The notes beneath the pieces were generated by a model. The model did not search any database and was not told where the DNA came from. It worked only from the letters and a program-made list of their open reading frames with translations. The translations under genes and the position numbers were made by a program. This document shows positions 1 to 13,967 of a stretch of 64,000 bases of DNA, piece by piece. Source of the DNA: Chiloscyllium plagiosum (Eukaryota); NCBI RefSeq assembly GCF_004010195.1, contig NC_057753.1, forward strand, positions 10,698,135 through 10,762,134. The letters are read 5' to 3'. Numbering within the stretch: position 1 is the stretch's first letter; every line of letters begins with the position of its first letter.

Positions 1-363
1 TTGGCGTTTGGCTTCAGCGGTGTAGAGGTCAGTGCGCCAGACTACCACTGTGCCCCCTTTATCCGTTGACTTAATGGTGAGGTTGGGATTGGAGCAGAGG
101 GAGTGGAGGGCTGCGCATTGTGAGGGTGAGAGTTTGGAGTGGGGGAGGGAGGTATTCAGGTTGAGGCAGTTAATGTCCCGGCGGCAGTTGGAAATGAAGA
201 GATTGAGGGCAGGTATTAGGCGAGCGCGGGGTGTCCAGGTGGATGCAGTGTGTTGGAGGTGGGCGAAGGGGTCCTCGGAAGGTGGGCGGGAATCCTGATT
301 GTGAAAGTAAACTCGGAGGCGGAGGCGATGGAAGAATCGTTCGATGTCACGGCGTGTATTAAA
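1..363 (-). mobile_element. Penelope-like element, N-terminal RT fragment
   Basis: Minus-strand translation gives RRDIERFFHRLRLRVYF...LHSLCSNPNLTIKSTDKGGTVVVWRTDLYTAEAKRQ, resembling the PLE 'IKPADKGGAVVVW' region. Confidence 0.8.
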
Positions 364-929
364 TTCATACGAGAGGGCAGGGTGAGACTTGTTTTTTGAT
401 TTGCAGAACGTGAGAGGTTCTGGGAGCTGTGATCTGAGGCAAACTCAACTGCTGTAAATCATTGAAGCCCGACAGTGTGGAAGCAGGCCTTCCAGCCCAT
501 CAAGTCCACGCCGACGCCTCCGAAGAGCATGCCACTCATACAAACCCCTGCCTCCACCCCTTAGGGATTCAAGGGTAGTTGGGATAATACAAGGAGGAGG
601 AGCTGAGACAATGAATAGATCAGCCACAATCTTAATGAATGGCGAAGCAGGCTCAAAGGGCCAAATGGCCTACTCCTGCTTCTATTACTATGAAACTATA
701 ACCTGCATTTCCCAAGGCTAACCCACCTAACCTGCACATCCCTGGGTTGCAACTACAGACAACTTAGTTTGGCCAATCGAAATCAAGACAGGTAAGCAAT
801 GTAGTGATATGGAAAATGAATGTCAGCGAACAAAGAAAGGAACAAGGAGAATAAATGTACCAGCAATCAGAACTGGATTCAAAAAATTACAAACAATAAA
901 ACTAAAAGCTGAATATCTGAATGTGTGCT

Positions 930-1380
930 TGTTATGAAGGTGTAGAAGTGTAATGTACCTTTAAGAGAGTTGGAAAGCTAGCAGAACTACCTGACACAGC
1001 ACAAAGTGTTCTGAACAAGGTAACAATGTAACATTTGGTCGACACAAGTAGAGCAACTAAGTTGCCATGAGACAAAAACAAATTCAAATTCAGCCAATCA
1101 GTTTAGATTTTGCCCCAAGATACCAAGATCCAATCAAGTTTGAATTTAGTATTTTGATAATATTGACACCAATGAAATGATCTGATGTTCTGGGCTATAA
1201 AACCAGGCATTTTGTTAGTTTTAATATTCTCTGTTGGACTTCAAGAATAAAGTTGTTAATTTTTACTTTAAATATTTACCCCTGGGATAGTTCTTTGCCT
1301 CTCAAACTTTTATATGTTACTGCATGGAGTGAATCATTTCTGGGTTGCTGGTTTAATTTAGAAGAGGGGTTTACCCTGTG
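930..1380 (+). mobile_element. Internally deleted solo LTR, same family as 3673-4434
   Basis: Starts TGTTATGAAGG and is highly similar to 3673-3950 and 4245-4420. It interrupts a sequence that is contiguous in the paralog near 19100 (gaatgtgtgctgcatcgtaac). Confidence 0.7.
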
Positions 1381-1999
1381 CTGCATCGTAACAAAAGTGA
1401 ATGAATTAACTGCATACATTGAAGAGAATAATTATGATCTGAGATTTCTTACAGAGACATGGCTTCAGGATGACAAGGATTGGATCCTGAATATTGAGGG
1501 GACATGTTGCATTCAAATCAAATGGGAAGTTAGGTAAAGGGAGAGGGTTGACACTGCCAATCAAAGTTCTGATAACATGCTGTCAGCTCGGATTTCAGGT
1601 CCTGATTTCTCTGTCCTCTGTTGATCTCCCTATTCCCACACAGTTAGATGTTCTCAGCTCTGCTGGATTCCTGCTGAAGCTTTGACCCCATTTTACGCCT
1701 TCCAGAACAATAAAACATTCAGATGTTCAAGGCCCAATCCACAATCTCCTATCCTGTCACCGAGTATCATCATAGCAGAGAATGAAACAAAACAATGGAA
1801 AAAAATGTGGGTTCATTAGGAAGTAAACTAGAAATAGGGATCACGCAGGATTCTTATAGGGCCCTAATTGAGGAATTCTCTCTCCCTTACATCTAACTAT
1901 TAGTACCCAGCTATGGTTTATAACAATATTTGCATCAACAGAAATAAAGCATCTGTTATCAAATAGACATAGAGGTACACAGCATGGAACTAGATTTTT

Positions 2000-2570
2000 T
2001 CCTCTCTCTCATGCATGCACACACACATGCATGCACACACAGACACACACATGCACACAGACACATATACGCACATATATACACACACACACACACATGA
2101 CTATGGGGTGAATTTATATTTTCAGAATTACATTTGCAGATGTATTTTGCTCAAAAATGCACCATCTGCAGGCAGTCAATACATGTAATATTTTATAAAT
2201 TCCACTTTGGAAATAGAACAAGTCTGACTCAAAGATTGGGATACAGCCAGACTCTGACCTCATACCTTTAATGCATTATGTGAGCTGAGTTGTCACCTTT
2301 TCTTATAAAACCTAAAGTTATCTCGAGAAGGTGACTTATAAGAAGTTCTGGGAGTTACATATTAATGACACTGGCAACTCATTCTAAAAGATGAAAAACT
2401 TCACAATTCATGTTTCTTCAATGTATCATTTCTGTGGCATGACTGTTTTGCTGTAAACTCTGTGTCTTATGATCTTTTACTCCACAACCACCTGATGAAG
2501 AAGCAGCGCAACAAAGGCTAGTGCTTGCAAATAAACCTGTTGGACTGGTGTCATATGATTTTTATCTTTG
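2000..2570 (+). mobile_element. Penelope-like family 2 3' region (CA-rich tract plus hammerhead-like tail)
   Basis: Similar to 19750-20235, 32790-33452(-), 39285-40325 and 60285-60775. Ends in cctgatgaag...aataaacctgttggac. Confidence 0.6.
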
Positions 2571-3672
2571 CCCAGGTTAGGGTGGATTGGCCCTGCTAAA
2601 TTACCCAGAGTGTTCAGGGTTGTGCAGGTGTGGGAGAATTGTTAGAATTGATTCAATTCCACCCTCTGGTGACTGTATGTGTTAACCTTGGCATGTTCTC
2701 CCCCTTCTGTCAGTGTGGGCTACCTCTGGTTTCCTCCCACAGTCCAAAGATCTGCAGTTTAGGACAGATTGGCCATACTAAAGTATCCAGGGATGTGCAC
2801 ATTAGGGTGGGTTAGCCATGGGGAACTGTAGGGCTGTAGGGTAAGCGGATGAGTCTGGGTGGGATGCTGTGTGGAAGGTCGGTGTGAATTTGATGGGCCA
2901 AATGGCCTGCAGGGATCATATAATTCTACTGCTTTAGCCATGTGTAGGTTGAGAAATTAATGCTGTGGGAGGAGTGGGTTCCAGTTCGTGGGACACATCC
3001 ACTGACACTGGATGGTGGGAATGGTGGGAATTGTGCTATCTCTCCCTCCACCCACTGCCCCCTGTCCATTCTCTCTCACCCCGCAACCTTCTGCCCCCCC
3101 AATCTCTCTCTCTCTCTCTCTCTCCCCCTCATTCTTTTCCCCCACCCTTTGTCCTCCCCAGTCTTTCCCTTCTGCCCCCACCCTCTGTTCCCCCCCCAGT
3201 CTCTCAATGGCCCCCACACTCTGTCATCCTGTCCATTCTGTATCTCTTCCAACCCCCACTAAACTTTCTCATGCCTCGAGTTTTCTTTGATCGCTGTATC
3301 AAGCTCTTCTCAGGAGAGAGAGAGAATGGTTGGTGAAGACTCTGCCTGGGAGATGGGGGTGCACGAGAAATGGCTGACCTTCCAAATTGGGAATAGCCAA
3401 ATTCAGAAACAGCATTAAGATTTGAAAGCACGTTCAATTTTATTAAAAATGCAGCCAGCTTTCTCAAACTTGCATTAGGCCACAGTTGAGGACGGCTGTT
3501 CGGGGTGAATGAGGCTTTTGGCTGAAGCGTCAATTTTCCTGCCCCTCGAATGCTGCCTGACCTGCTGTGCTTTTCCAGCACCACACTCTTGACTCTAATC
3601 TTCAGCATCTGCAGTACTCACTTTTGACTGTTAGGGGTGAATGGCCTATTCCTAGTCTTGAAAAATTGGTTC

Positions 3673-4680
3673 TGTTAAGAAGGTGTAGAGGTGTACGCTA
3701 TCTTTAAGAGAGTTGAAAAGCTAGCAGAACTACCTGACACAGCACCAAGTGTTCTGAACAAGGTAACAATGTGACATTTGGTCAAACAGCTAGAGTAGCT
3801 GGGTTGCCTGGAGACAAAAACAAATTCATATTCGGCCAATCACTTTAAATTATGGCCCAAGATACCAAACTCCAACCAATTTTGAATTTAGTATTTTGAC
3901 AATATTAACACTGATGATACAATTTGATGTTTTGGGGTATAAATCCAAAGAAAAATTGAACAGTTGCAGGACAACTGCTAAAAGACCAACAAATGTAGGC
4001 TGCGAGTTAGAACTCTCTGAGAGGTACCTGTCCAGAGAATGAGTTTGTACACAAAAAAAAACATCGACATCGACCTGGAGAGCAGATCTACAGAGGAAGA
4101 TACAAAGAGAAGGTTTAACAGCTGGCTGGGTTTGAAATTCGAATTTTTCAGTAAATCTTAATCAACGGTTTTTATTCAACTAGCATCATAAAAGGGAAGG
4201 TAGCAGATAGGTTAGAGAAAGGAGTTGTAATTAGTTGTTAATTAATTATTCTCTGTTAGACTTCAATAAATAAAGTTGTTAATTTTTACTTTAAATACTG
4301 ACTTTTGGGAATTGGCTCTTGAATTCAAGACCTTGGCTCTTGAATTTTCACAGATTACCGCATGGGGTAAATCATCTCTATGTTGCTGCTTTAAATTTGT
4401 GGGAGGGAGGGTGGGTTGCACCCTAGTTGTACCAATTTGGGGGCTTTCGTTTGAAAGTTGAAATGGTTTAGACAGATTTGAATAGATTTGGGGGTACAAA
4501 AACATCCCAGCAGATGTAAATGCTTGCAGGTTAGTGTCCTAGATCATTAAATAAAACTTTAAATAGTGACTTCTGGGAACAGTTCCTTGCCTCTTAAATT
4601 TTCACAGATTATCGCGTGGGGTAAATCTTTTCTGTGTTACTGGTTTAAATTAGCGGGGAGGGCCACCCCGTGTCATCACA
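3673..4680 (+). mobile_element. Collapsed LTR retroelement: 5' LTR, PBS-like site, about 100 bp internal sequence and partial 3' LTR
   Basis: TG...CA termini with 4-bp TSD GTTC (3669-3672 and 4681-4684). TGGGGGCTTTCGT at 4438-4450 resembles the tRNA-Pro PBS TGGGGGCTCGT. 4550-4680 repeats the LTR 3' end. The paralog near 15225 is an empty site. Confidence 0.75.
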
Positions 4681-4699
4681 GTTCTGACCATGTCGAAAT

Positions 4700-5285
4700 A
4701 GAGGCATAGAGTAATGGAGCATGGAAACAAACTGTTTGTCCATGCCAACCAGATATCCTAAATTAATCCATGCCCATTTGCCAGCTCCTGGCCCATATCC
4801 CTCCAAACCTTCCTGTTCATATACCCATCCAGATGCCTTTTGAATATTGTAATTGTACCAGCCTCCACCACTTCCTCTGGGAGCTCATTCAATCCATGCG
4901 CCACCCTCTGCGTAAAATAGTTGCCCTTTAGGTCCCTTTTAATCCTTTCCCCTCTCACTCTCATATAAATCAGTTGTTGCTTTTTCTGAACAGGCTCAGT
5001 GGTTAGCATTGCTGCCTCATAGCGCTAGGGACCCGGGTTTGATCCCACTCTCGGGCAACTGTCTGAGTGGAGTTTGCACACTCTCCCCGTGTCTGCGTGG
5101 GATTCCTTTGGGTGCTCCGGTTTCTTCCCACAATCCAAAGATGTGCAGGTTAGGACAGGGCACTTCTTGACGGGAATTAACTTTCACACTTTTTTTCTAC
5201 TCCTTAGGTCCCTTTTAAATTTTTCCCCTCTCACCTTCAACCTTTGCCCTCCAGTTTGAGAGTCCCCTACCCTGGGGAAAAGATG
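4700..5285 (-). mobile_element. CR1-clade LINE 3' fragment interrupted by a truncated SINE (4995-5155,+)
   Basis: Translates to the CR1 ORF2 C-terminus motif FTQRVxxxxNELPEEVVEAGT. Confidence 0.75.
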
Positions 5286-6143
5286 AGTAGCCGGACAAAA
5301 TGCAAAAGGAATAAAATGTCGAGCCGCAGGGTAAAAAACAAAATTGTCGCACCAGCCTTTTTTACTCAGATTGTCATTTGGATACAAATTCTGTCAGTAA
5401 CATCAGCAACTTCACTTTTCTCTGTGTCTGCCTAGCTTGCAAAGGTAATAAGAATCCATTATAATTGATAGGACTTGACCGTTAATTACAAGACGTTTGA
5501 TGATACTGAGTTTCGTTTCGAGGTCAAAATCAAATACTGTCATTAATTTCACAAGGGAACAGCCATGAATGTTATTGCTGATGTTAAGGCGAATGTTTTT
5601 AATTGCATCCTGTTATCACTTGATGAGAACAGATGTTTTTATCTACTGCGTAACATGGGCTCCCCCTTTTGGTTTGTGGCCTGAGCCTTCCTGCCTGTCG
5701 CTTATTTTCTAGTGCGCAACAAATGTGTTCTATAATTCAGTATTACATTTTAGTCTAAATGTTTAAGGACAAGTTTTAAGGCTACAGACTTTCTTATTGC
5801 TGTCAATGCCTTGATGTCTCCCGGGATGTTAACCATTTTGTGTCTGGTTGCTTCTCAAGAAGCTGTATTGCAGTTTCATCCTGAATTTATACTTTTTTTT
5901 TGCTTTCCAAAACCAGACCTGCTCACTCTCAGCAATATCCCAATGTCATGAAAGTTATTAACTTTCAGATGGTGTTATCCAAAGAGATGTCAGTCGTGAT
6001 GTTTTTGCTTTTCTGCCCCTGTAAGATCCTGAATCAGCACCTTCCGGGGAATTAGTTAGAGCGGAGTGAGAACAGAGGGGGAGAGAGTGGGACGATGTTT
6101 TAAATTTTGTGGAAAAACAAAAGAAAAATTGTTCTGCAGAAAG

Positions 6144-6435
6144 TAGATTAGATTCCCTACAGTGTGGAAACAGGCCCTTCGGCCCAAAATTCCATACCGA
6201 CCCTGCGAAGAGTCACCCACCCAGATTCGTTTACCCCTGACTAATGCACCTAACCTATGGGCAATTTAGCATGGCCAATTCACCTGACCTACGCATCTTT
6301 GGACTGTGGGAGGAAACCCACACAGACACGGGCGGAATGCGTAAACTCCACACAGACTGACGCCCGAGGTTGGAATCAAACTTTGGTCCCTGATGCTGTG
6401 AGGTAGCAATGCTAACCGCTGAACCGCCACCCCGC
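6144..6435 (-). mobile_element. tRNA-derived V-SINE (HE1-like)
   Basis: tRNA-like head, central V-domain and (TCTAA) tail. Absent at the paralogous site near 21240. Confidence 0.8.
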
Positions 6436-6885
6436 AAATAGAATTGCTGATTCTCGATTTCTACCCTGCACTGACAGTGACGACTTTTGTAATCTCTTTT
6501 TACAGAGTGTTTGAAGATCTGAAGACAGAGGTTTCAAAATCAACAGGCTTATGCCCGAAATGTCATCTCTCTTGCTCCTTGGATGCTGCCTGAGCTGCTA
6601 TGTTTTTCCAGCGCCACACATTTCGACTCTGACTCTCCAGTCCTCACTTTCACGAGAATGTCTGACAGTGACTCAATCCATTGGGTTCGTAACAATTTTT
6701 GACGATGATTCTGTGAGAAGGAGTAAAGCTTTCAGTATGTTTTCAGCATCAGTGGGACTGGATGAGAGACCCTACTGTTGCAGTGCACTGAGTGTGGAGT
6801 GTGAAACAGTTATACAGTCTGTAAAGAGGAATTCACGGCAGGGAGGGGCTGTATACATGTTTGTGTGTGACTGAAACTTTGGCCA

Positions 6886-7630
<745 letters not shown>

Positions 7631-7899
7631 TTGCTTCCAATGGGCACTGCTGCTTGTTGAGCCCAGAACTTCACATTCCCACTGATACGATCTGCACAAA
7701 CCTCATTGGAGCAGAAGTTATGCCATTCAGCCCATCGAATTTGCTCTGCCATTTGTTAGAGACAAAATAAACTGCAGATGCTGGAATCCAAAGTAGGCAA
7801 GCAGGAGGCTGGGAGAACACAGCAAGCCAGGCAGCACCAGGAGGTGGAGAAGTCAGCGCTTCTGGTATTAGCCCAAATCGTTGACTCCTCTACTTGAAA

Positions 7900-8350
7900 C
7901 TATTTACCAAGATGTTGCTGATCTACAGGGAGAAGCTGAATAGACTGGGTTGTTTTCCCTGGAGCATCAGAGGCTGAGGGGTGACCCTATAGAGGTTTAT
8001 GAAATCATGAGGGGCATAGATAGGGTAAATGGACAAGGTGTTTTCCCTGGGGTGGGGAAGTCCAGAACGAGAGGGAATAGGTTCAGTGTGAGAGAGGAAA
8101 GATTTAAAAGGGACCTAAGGGACAACTTTTTCATGCAGATCGTGGAGTGCATGTATGGAATGAGCTGCCAGAGGAAGTGGTGGAGGCTGGTACAATTACA
8201 GCATTTAAAAGACATCTGGATGGGGACATGAATGGGAAGGGTTTACAGGGATAGCGCTGGCAATTGTGTCTAGATTAATTTAGGATATCTGGTCAGCATG
8301 AACAAGTTGGACTGAAGGGCCTGTTTCCTTGCTGTACATCTCTATGACTA
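7900..8350 (+). mobile_element. CR1 LINE 3' end
   Basis: LFSLEHQRLRGD...FKRDLR followed by the CR1 3' tail ending ctctatgac. Confidence 0.8.
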
Positions 8351-9094
8351 CCTGCCCTGATGTAAGTTTTAAAATTGACTGCAAGTAACTTGGAATAGTT
8401 CAATCTTGTTGCGCTCACCTCCTGAAAAGTCTCAAATGAATCCCTCCCAGCGATACTATTCAAATATGCCGAGTTAGAAAAAGTATCCCATCAAGTTTGT
8501 ATTGAAGAATCCCAGCATTGAAGAAATCAGAAGTCACATGACACCAACTTGACCAAAACTGATCACTGTACTTGCAAGTGAGGCTTTACTGACGTCCTGT
8601 ATAACTGCAGCATAGCTTCCCAACTTCTATACTCAATGTCCTGACTGTTGAAGGCCAGTGTGCCTAAAGCCTTCTTCACTGCCCTGTCTATACATATGTT
8701 ATCAGATATATAGAACCTACTCCAAACTGGATCCATAATCCAGTTGATGGGACAGGAAACTGCTTCCTTTCTTGAGACAAGTCTTCTTGAGAGAACTTGC
8801 TGACTGTCTGCTCTACTGAACCTCATAGTGCCCCACTGCCCTCAGTTATCTGGAGAAGGGGTCCACACACATGTGCCCAAGGTGGTGCTCGAAACCTTTA
8901 TCATTTTTTTGGGATTGATCCCCATTCATTCGATGCTATGGAGTCATACAGCCTGGAAATGGACCCTTCGGTCCAACCAGTCCACGATCCCCAACTAAAC
9001 AAGTCCCACCTGCCTGCTCCTGGCCCTTATCCGATAGTCATAGTCATAGAGACAGACCATTTGGTCCAACCCATGCTGACCAGATATCCTTATC

Positions 9095-9870
9095 TAATCC
9101 TACTGAAGGATGCAGGATTAAGAGTCCTCTTTGGCAAGAGACCTTAACAAGATGTTGTAATTGACTCACCAAAGTATGCGTTCAGGAAAAAAGCATTTTC
9201 ATCTTATACTTTGGAGACGCGGTAACTAGATTTAGCCAGTCTACAATAATATATAAAGAGAAAAGGATCATAACACAAGGTAACGGAAAAATGGATAAGG
9301 AATGGAAGGGGGGAATGCTAGATAAAATACAGCAAAATAGGAGGACTTGATGCAAACTTAATTTCGAGGTATGTGTGAAAATATAAATACTGCAGTACTG
9401 AACACAACAGCAAAATGTCCCTTTCATAAAGAAGCATGTGCAAGGAATCAGACAAGGGGAAGAGCATAAAATCCCTACAGTGCAGAAAGAGGCCGTTTGT
9501 CCTATTGAGTCTGCAATGACCCACCAAAGAGCATCCCACCAGAATCCTCCTGTATTTACCATGGCTAATCCACCTAGCCTACACATCACGGAGCAATTTA
9601 ATATGGTCAATCCACCCAACCTGCACATCTTTGGACTGTGGGAGGAAACCCATGCAGGCAGGGAGAATACGCAAACTCCACACAGACATTCACCTGAGGC
9701 TGGAATTGAACCTGGGTCCCTGGCGCTGTGAGGTAGCAATGCCAAGCATCATGCCACTGCAAAATGTTATAAAATTTGAACAAATTTCTCCATGTGAAGA
9801 GCTTACTGCAAATAATTGGAAGCAAGAGTCCATCCGAATTGTCTTTGGGAGAGATCCAAAACTTAATTCA
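9095..9870 (+). mobile_element. Ancient LTR-retrotransposon integrase (rve) remnant split by a SINE (9465-9760,-)
   Basis: Broken frames read DAVTRFSQSTII, FRGMCENINTAVLNTTAKCPFHKEACARNQ (9362-9451), SLLQIIGSKSPSEL and VFGRDPKL, resembling integrase core motifs. Confidence 0.55.
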
Positions 9871-10224
9871 TTAATGACTGGAAATACTTCAAGCTCTGGA
9901 ATGGTCTACAAGAGAGAGTGTTGGAGTCAGATTCAATTATGGTATTCAAAGAGAGTTGGATCATTAAACTGAAAAGGAAAGTAATCACCGTGTTCAGTGA
10001 AGAGTAGGACTGGATACTCTGGTGATTATAATTAGGTCAGTCAATCATCGAATAAGAGTTCCCTGATTGGGGCTGTTCACCTGCTCCTGTTAACATTTCA
10101 GGCTGATAACTTTTCCATTAGATTCCCAATATCTGCAGGATGCCTTCTCTGATCTAGTATCTACTTGAGTGACTCTGTCAAATTTCATTTATTAATTGTT
10201 CCTATGATATCTCATGAGAGAGTT

Positions 10225-10550
10225 TAGATTACCTAGATTAGATTAGATTAGATTCCCTACAGTGTGGAAACAGGTCCTTCGGCCCAACAAGTCCACACCG
10301 ACCCACTGAAGCACAACCCACCCAGACCATTCCCTTACATTTACCCCTTCACCTAACACTACGGGCAATTTAGCATGGCCAATTCACCTGACCTGTACAT
10401 CTTTGGACTGTGGGAGGAAACCGGAGCACGCCGGAGGAAACCCACACAGACACGGGGAGAATGTGCAAACTCCACACAGACAGTTGCCCGAGACGGGAAT
10501 TGAACCCGGGGTCCCTGGCAGTGCTAACCACTGAGCCACCATGCTGCCCC
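10225..10550 (-). mobile_element. V-SINE (HE1-like)
   Basis: Full SINE body with (TCTAA)n tail on the minus strand. Confidence 0.85.
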
Positions 10551-11219
10551 TGTTTATGATATTAGCAGTGCCATGCAAAATTGTTGTGGGTCACAATGTG
10601 CCTAGGTGAGAAAGAACAAACTGTCCAGCCTTAAATATTCATTTTTAAACCATGGAAATAAAATGAATGTTCGGAAAACGCACAATGTGTCATGTATTAA
10701 GAAAATCAGAAATAGGAATGGGAGTAGGTAATTGAGTGTTGAGATGCTCTGTCTTTCATCACCATCCATGGCTGGTCATTTATCTGAATTCTCTTTATGA
10801 CTGTTTATTTGTGAGCTCACAGGGAGCGATGAGTCGACCTAATGGTCACAAATCACTCTGATGGAATACAGTGTTGTACGGTTATATAGGTTAAAATCAT
10901 TTAACAATTAGCAAACTGTTAATTGAACTATAATGAGTTAAGTGAGCAATCGGACAAGTCACTAGCCCCAGTTACGTAGCTGTTTATCAACCACTAAACA
11001 GCGCTGTCCAGACAATATTACTATAACAATAGATTCTTGTAAAAGAAGAACATCCCCATTCTGGGAAAGAGTTCACTACAGCTGCAAGGTCAGCCACCTC
11101 ACTGAATCTTGGGGGGGTGGAAGGTACAAGCAGACACTAATATGAAAATTAAAATGGATTCCAGGCTTTAATATGTGAAAAAATGGCTGCTTGGGTTATA
11201 ACAAATCTCCCACAGTGTT

Positions 11220-12315
11220 TAATGAGTGTCAGGGACATGGATAGGGTAAATAGCCAAAGTCTTTTCCTTGGGTTGGGGAGAATCTAGAACTAGAGGGAAT
11301 AGGTTTAGAGTGAGAGGAGAAAGATTTAAAAGGGACCTGAGGGGCAACCTTTTCACGCAGAGGGTGGTGCGTGTATGGAATGAGCTGCCAGAGGAAGTGG
11401 TGGGGGCTGGTACAATGTCAGCATATAAAAGGCATATGGATCGGTATATGAATAGGAAGAGTTTAGAGGGATATAGGCCAAGCGCTGGCAGATGAGGTGA
11501 GGTATCTGGTCGGCATAGACGAGTTGGTGCGAAGGATCTGTTTCTGTGCTGTGCATCTCTATGACTATGAATACCGGATGCAGGCCAGGAGCAGGCAGGT
11601 GGGACTAGGTTAGTTGGGGGATCATGGACTGGTTGGACCGAAGGGCCTGTTTCTGGGCTGCATAACTCCATAGTACCAAATGAATGGGGATCAATCCCAA
11701 AGAGATGATAAAGTTTTGAGCACCACCTTGGGCACATATGTGTGGACCCCCTCCAGATACTGAGGGCAGTGGGGCACTATGAGGTTCAGTAGATCAGAGA
11801 GCCAGTCAGCAGGTTCTCTCCAGGAGACTCGCCTGGAGAAAGGAAGTAGTTTCCTGTTCCATCAGCTTGGATTGTGGATCAGTTTGGAGTAGATCTTATA
11901 TTCCTGACAACATAGGTAGTGAAGGCAGCTTTTGGCACACTGGTCTTCATCAGTATCGAAATTGGGAAGTTATGTTGCAGTTATACAGGACACTGGTGAG
12001 GCCACACTTCGAGTATTGTGCTCAGTTTTGGTCACCTTGCTATAACAAGGAGGTTATTAAACTGGAAAGAATGCAGAAGCAATATACAAGGATGTTACCA
12101 GGATTCAAGCGTCTGAGTTACAGGAAGAGGTTAGACAAGCTAGAACTTTTTTCTTCACAGCATAGGAGACAGAGGGGGACCATATAGAGATGTATGAGAA
12201 CATGATAGGCACGGATGGGGTGAATGCACTCATTCTCTTACCCAGGTTTGGGGAATTGAGGATGAGGGGGCTTGGGCCGAAGGGCCTGTCTTCGTGCTGT
12301 AGGACTCTATGACTC
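11220..12315 (+). mobile_element. CR1 LINE fragments (two 3' pieces flanking a duplicated non-CR1 block)
   Basis: FTQRVVRVWNELPEEVV and LYRTLVRPHFEYCAQFWSP motifs. Confidence 0.75.
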
Positions 12316-12445
12316 GCATCTCTCTATCGCTCCGACAGTTTTGAGTTTCCAGAGGAGCGTCTCACTAAATCACACTGAATTAAAATCTGATCTCATTTGT
12401 TAACTCTGATACGGAGGTGCCGGTGTCGAATCAGAGTGGACAAGG

Positions 12446-12622
12446 TCAGAAGTCACACGGCACCAGGTTAGAGTCCAACAGGTTTATTTGAACTCATGAG
12501 CTTTCGGAGCACTGCTCCTTCCTCAGGTGAAGAATTAGCACTGAGGAAGGAGCAATGTTCCTAAAGCTTGTGATTTCAAATAAACCTGTTGGACTGTAAC
12601 CTGGTATCATGTAACTTCTGAC
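12446..12622. repeat. Inverted pair of Penelope-type tails, each with a hammerhead-like core
   Basis: 12446-12530 is an imperfect reverse complement of about 12540-12622. Confidence 0.75.
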
Positions 12623-12774
12623 TTTTTCAACCATGGGTTCATGTCCAACTTGACGGGATACTTTGTCCAACTCGGCATAATTAAACAGTATCACTTGGAA
12701 GGATTCATTTGAAACCTTTCACGAGGTGAGTTCAACAAGATTGAACTATTCAAAGTTACTTGGACTCAATTTTG

Positions 12775-13185
12775 TTCACGCCGACCAGATATCCTAAGTT
12801 AACCTAGTCCCATTTGCCAGCATTTGGCCCATATCCCTCAACCCTTCATGTCCCCATCCAGATGCCTTTTAAATGCTGTAGTAGCCTCCACCACTTCCTC
12901 TCGCAGCTCATTCCACAAGTGTACCACCTTCTGCGTAAAAAACTTACCCCTTAGGTCCCTTTTAAATCTTTCCCCTCTCACTCTAAATCTATGCCCTCTA
13001 GTTCAGGACTCACCCACCCCAGGGAAAGACCTTGTCTATTTAACCTGCCCATGACCCTCATGATTTTATAAACCTCTGTAATGTCCCACCTCAGCCTCTA
13101 ATGCTCCAAGGAAATCAACTCCAGTCTATTCAGCCTTTCCCTGTAGCTCAAACCCTCCAAACCCCGGCAACATCCTGGTAAATTG
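12775..13185 (-). mobile_element. CR1 LINE 3' end (inverted counterpart of 7900-8300)
   Basis: CR1 3' ORF2 and tail sequence on the minus strand. Confidence 0.75.
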
Positions 13186-13536
13186 TTTCTGATAGAAAAG
13201 TCAATGTTTTGGGTCGGACCTTTCTTCAGTCCCGTGTTCTCCCAGAGTCCTGCTTGCCTACTTTTGGATTCCAGCACCTCCACTTATTGTTTTGTCACTA
13301 ACGAATGGCCGAGCAGAGTCGATGGGCCGAGTGGCCTAACGTCTGCTCTGACGGTCTTGCGGTCTGAGGTTTGTGCGGTTCATTTCAGTGGGAAGATGCA
13401 ATCCCGGGCACAACGAGCAGCAGCGCCCACTGAAAGCAAAGTTGCGGGGTGTGGGGTGAGGGAAGACAGAGCAATCCAGCAGAAAACAAAAGAAGCCCAC
13501 TGACTCTCCCACTGCACCATCAGAACGGGGAGTGGT

Positions 13537-13930
13537 TCAGTCCCGGGAGTGACCCACAGCAGCGTCACTGGTGGAATCCGATTGTTGGGAGCGCTGGGGT
13601 CCCTGCTGGTGCCTTCGCAAGTTGCAGGTCAACGTAAACCTCAGCCCACACTTGGGGCAGGCGAACGGCCTCTCCCTGGTGTGGAATCGCCGGTGCCTCA
13701 GCAGGGCGGATGAGCGAGTGAAGCCCTTCCTGCACTCAGGGCAGGAGAACAGCGTCTCCCCCATGTGGACCCACCAGTGGGACAGCAGGTGGGAGGCATG
13801 GGTAAAGCCCTTCCCGCACTCAGGGCAGCTGAAGGGTCTCTCCCCGGTGTGACTGCGCCGATGAGTCTCCAGGGCAGACGGGACATGGAAGCCTTTCCCA
13901 CAGTCGCCACACTTCCACGGTTTCTCCATG
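13537..13930 (-). CDS. C2H2 ZNF, 4 fingers, 5' end runs into an assembly gap; functional status unknown
   Basis: Open frame [38 protein letters not shown]...CPKCGLRFTLTCNLRRHQQ. The last finger lacks its second His. Confidence 0.65.
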
Positions 13931-13967
13931 GCCGAAGCCGTACACAACAGTCCCTCCCCGCCGTGAA

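Noticed and set aside
2957..3336. Overlapping Pro/Ser/Leu-rich ORFs
   Set aside because: Low-complexity CT-rich sequence with no protein motif.
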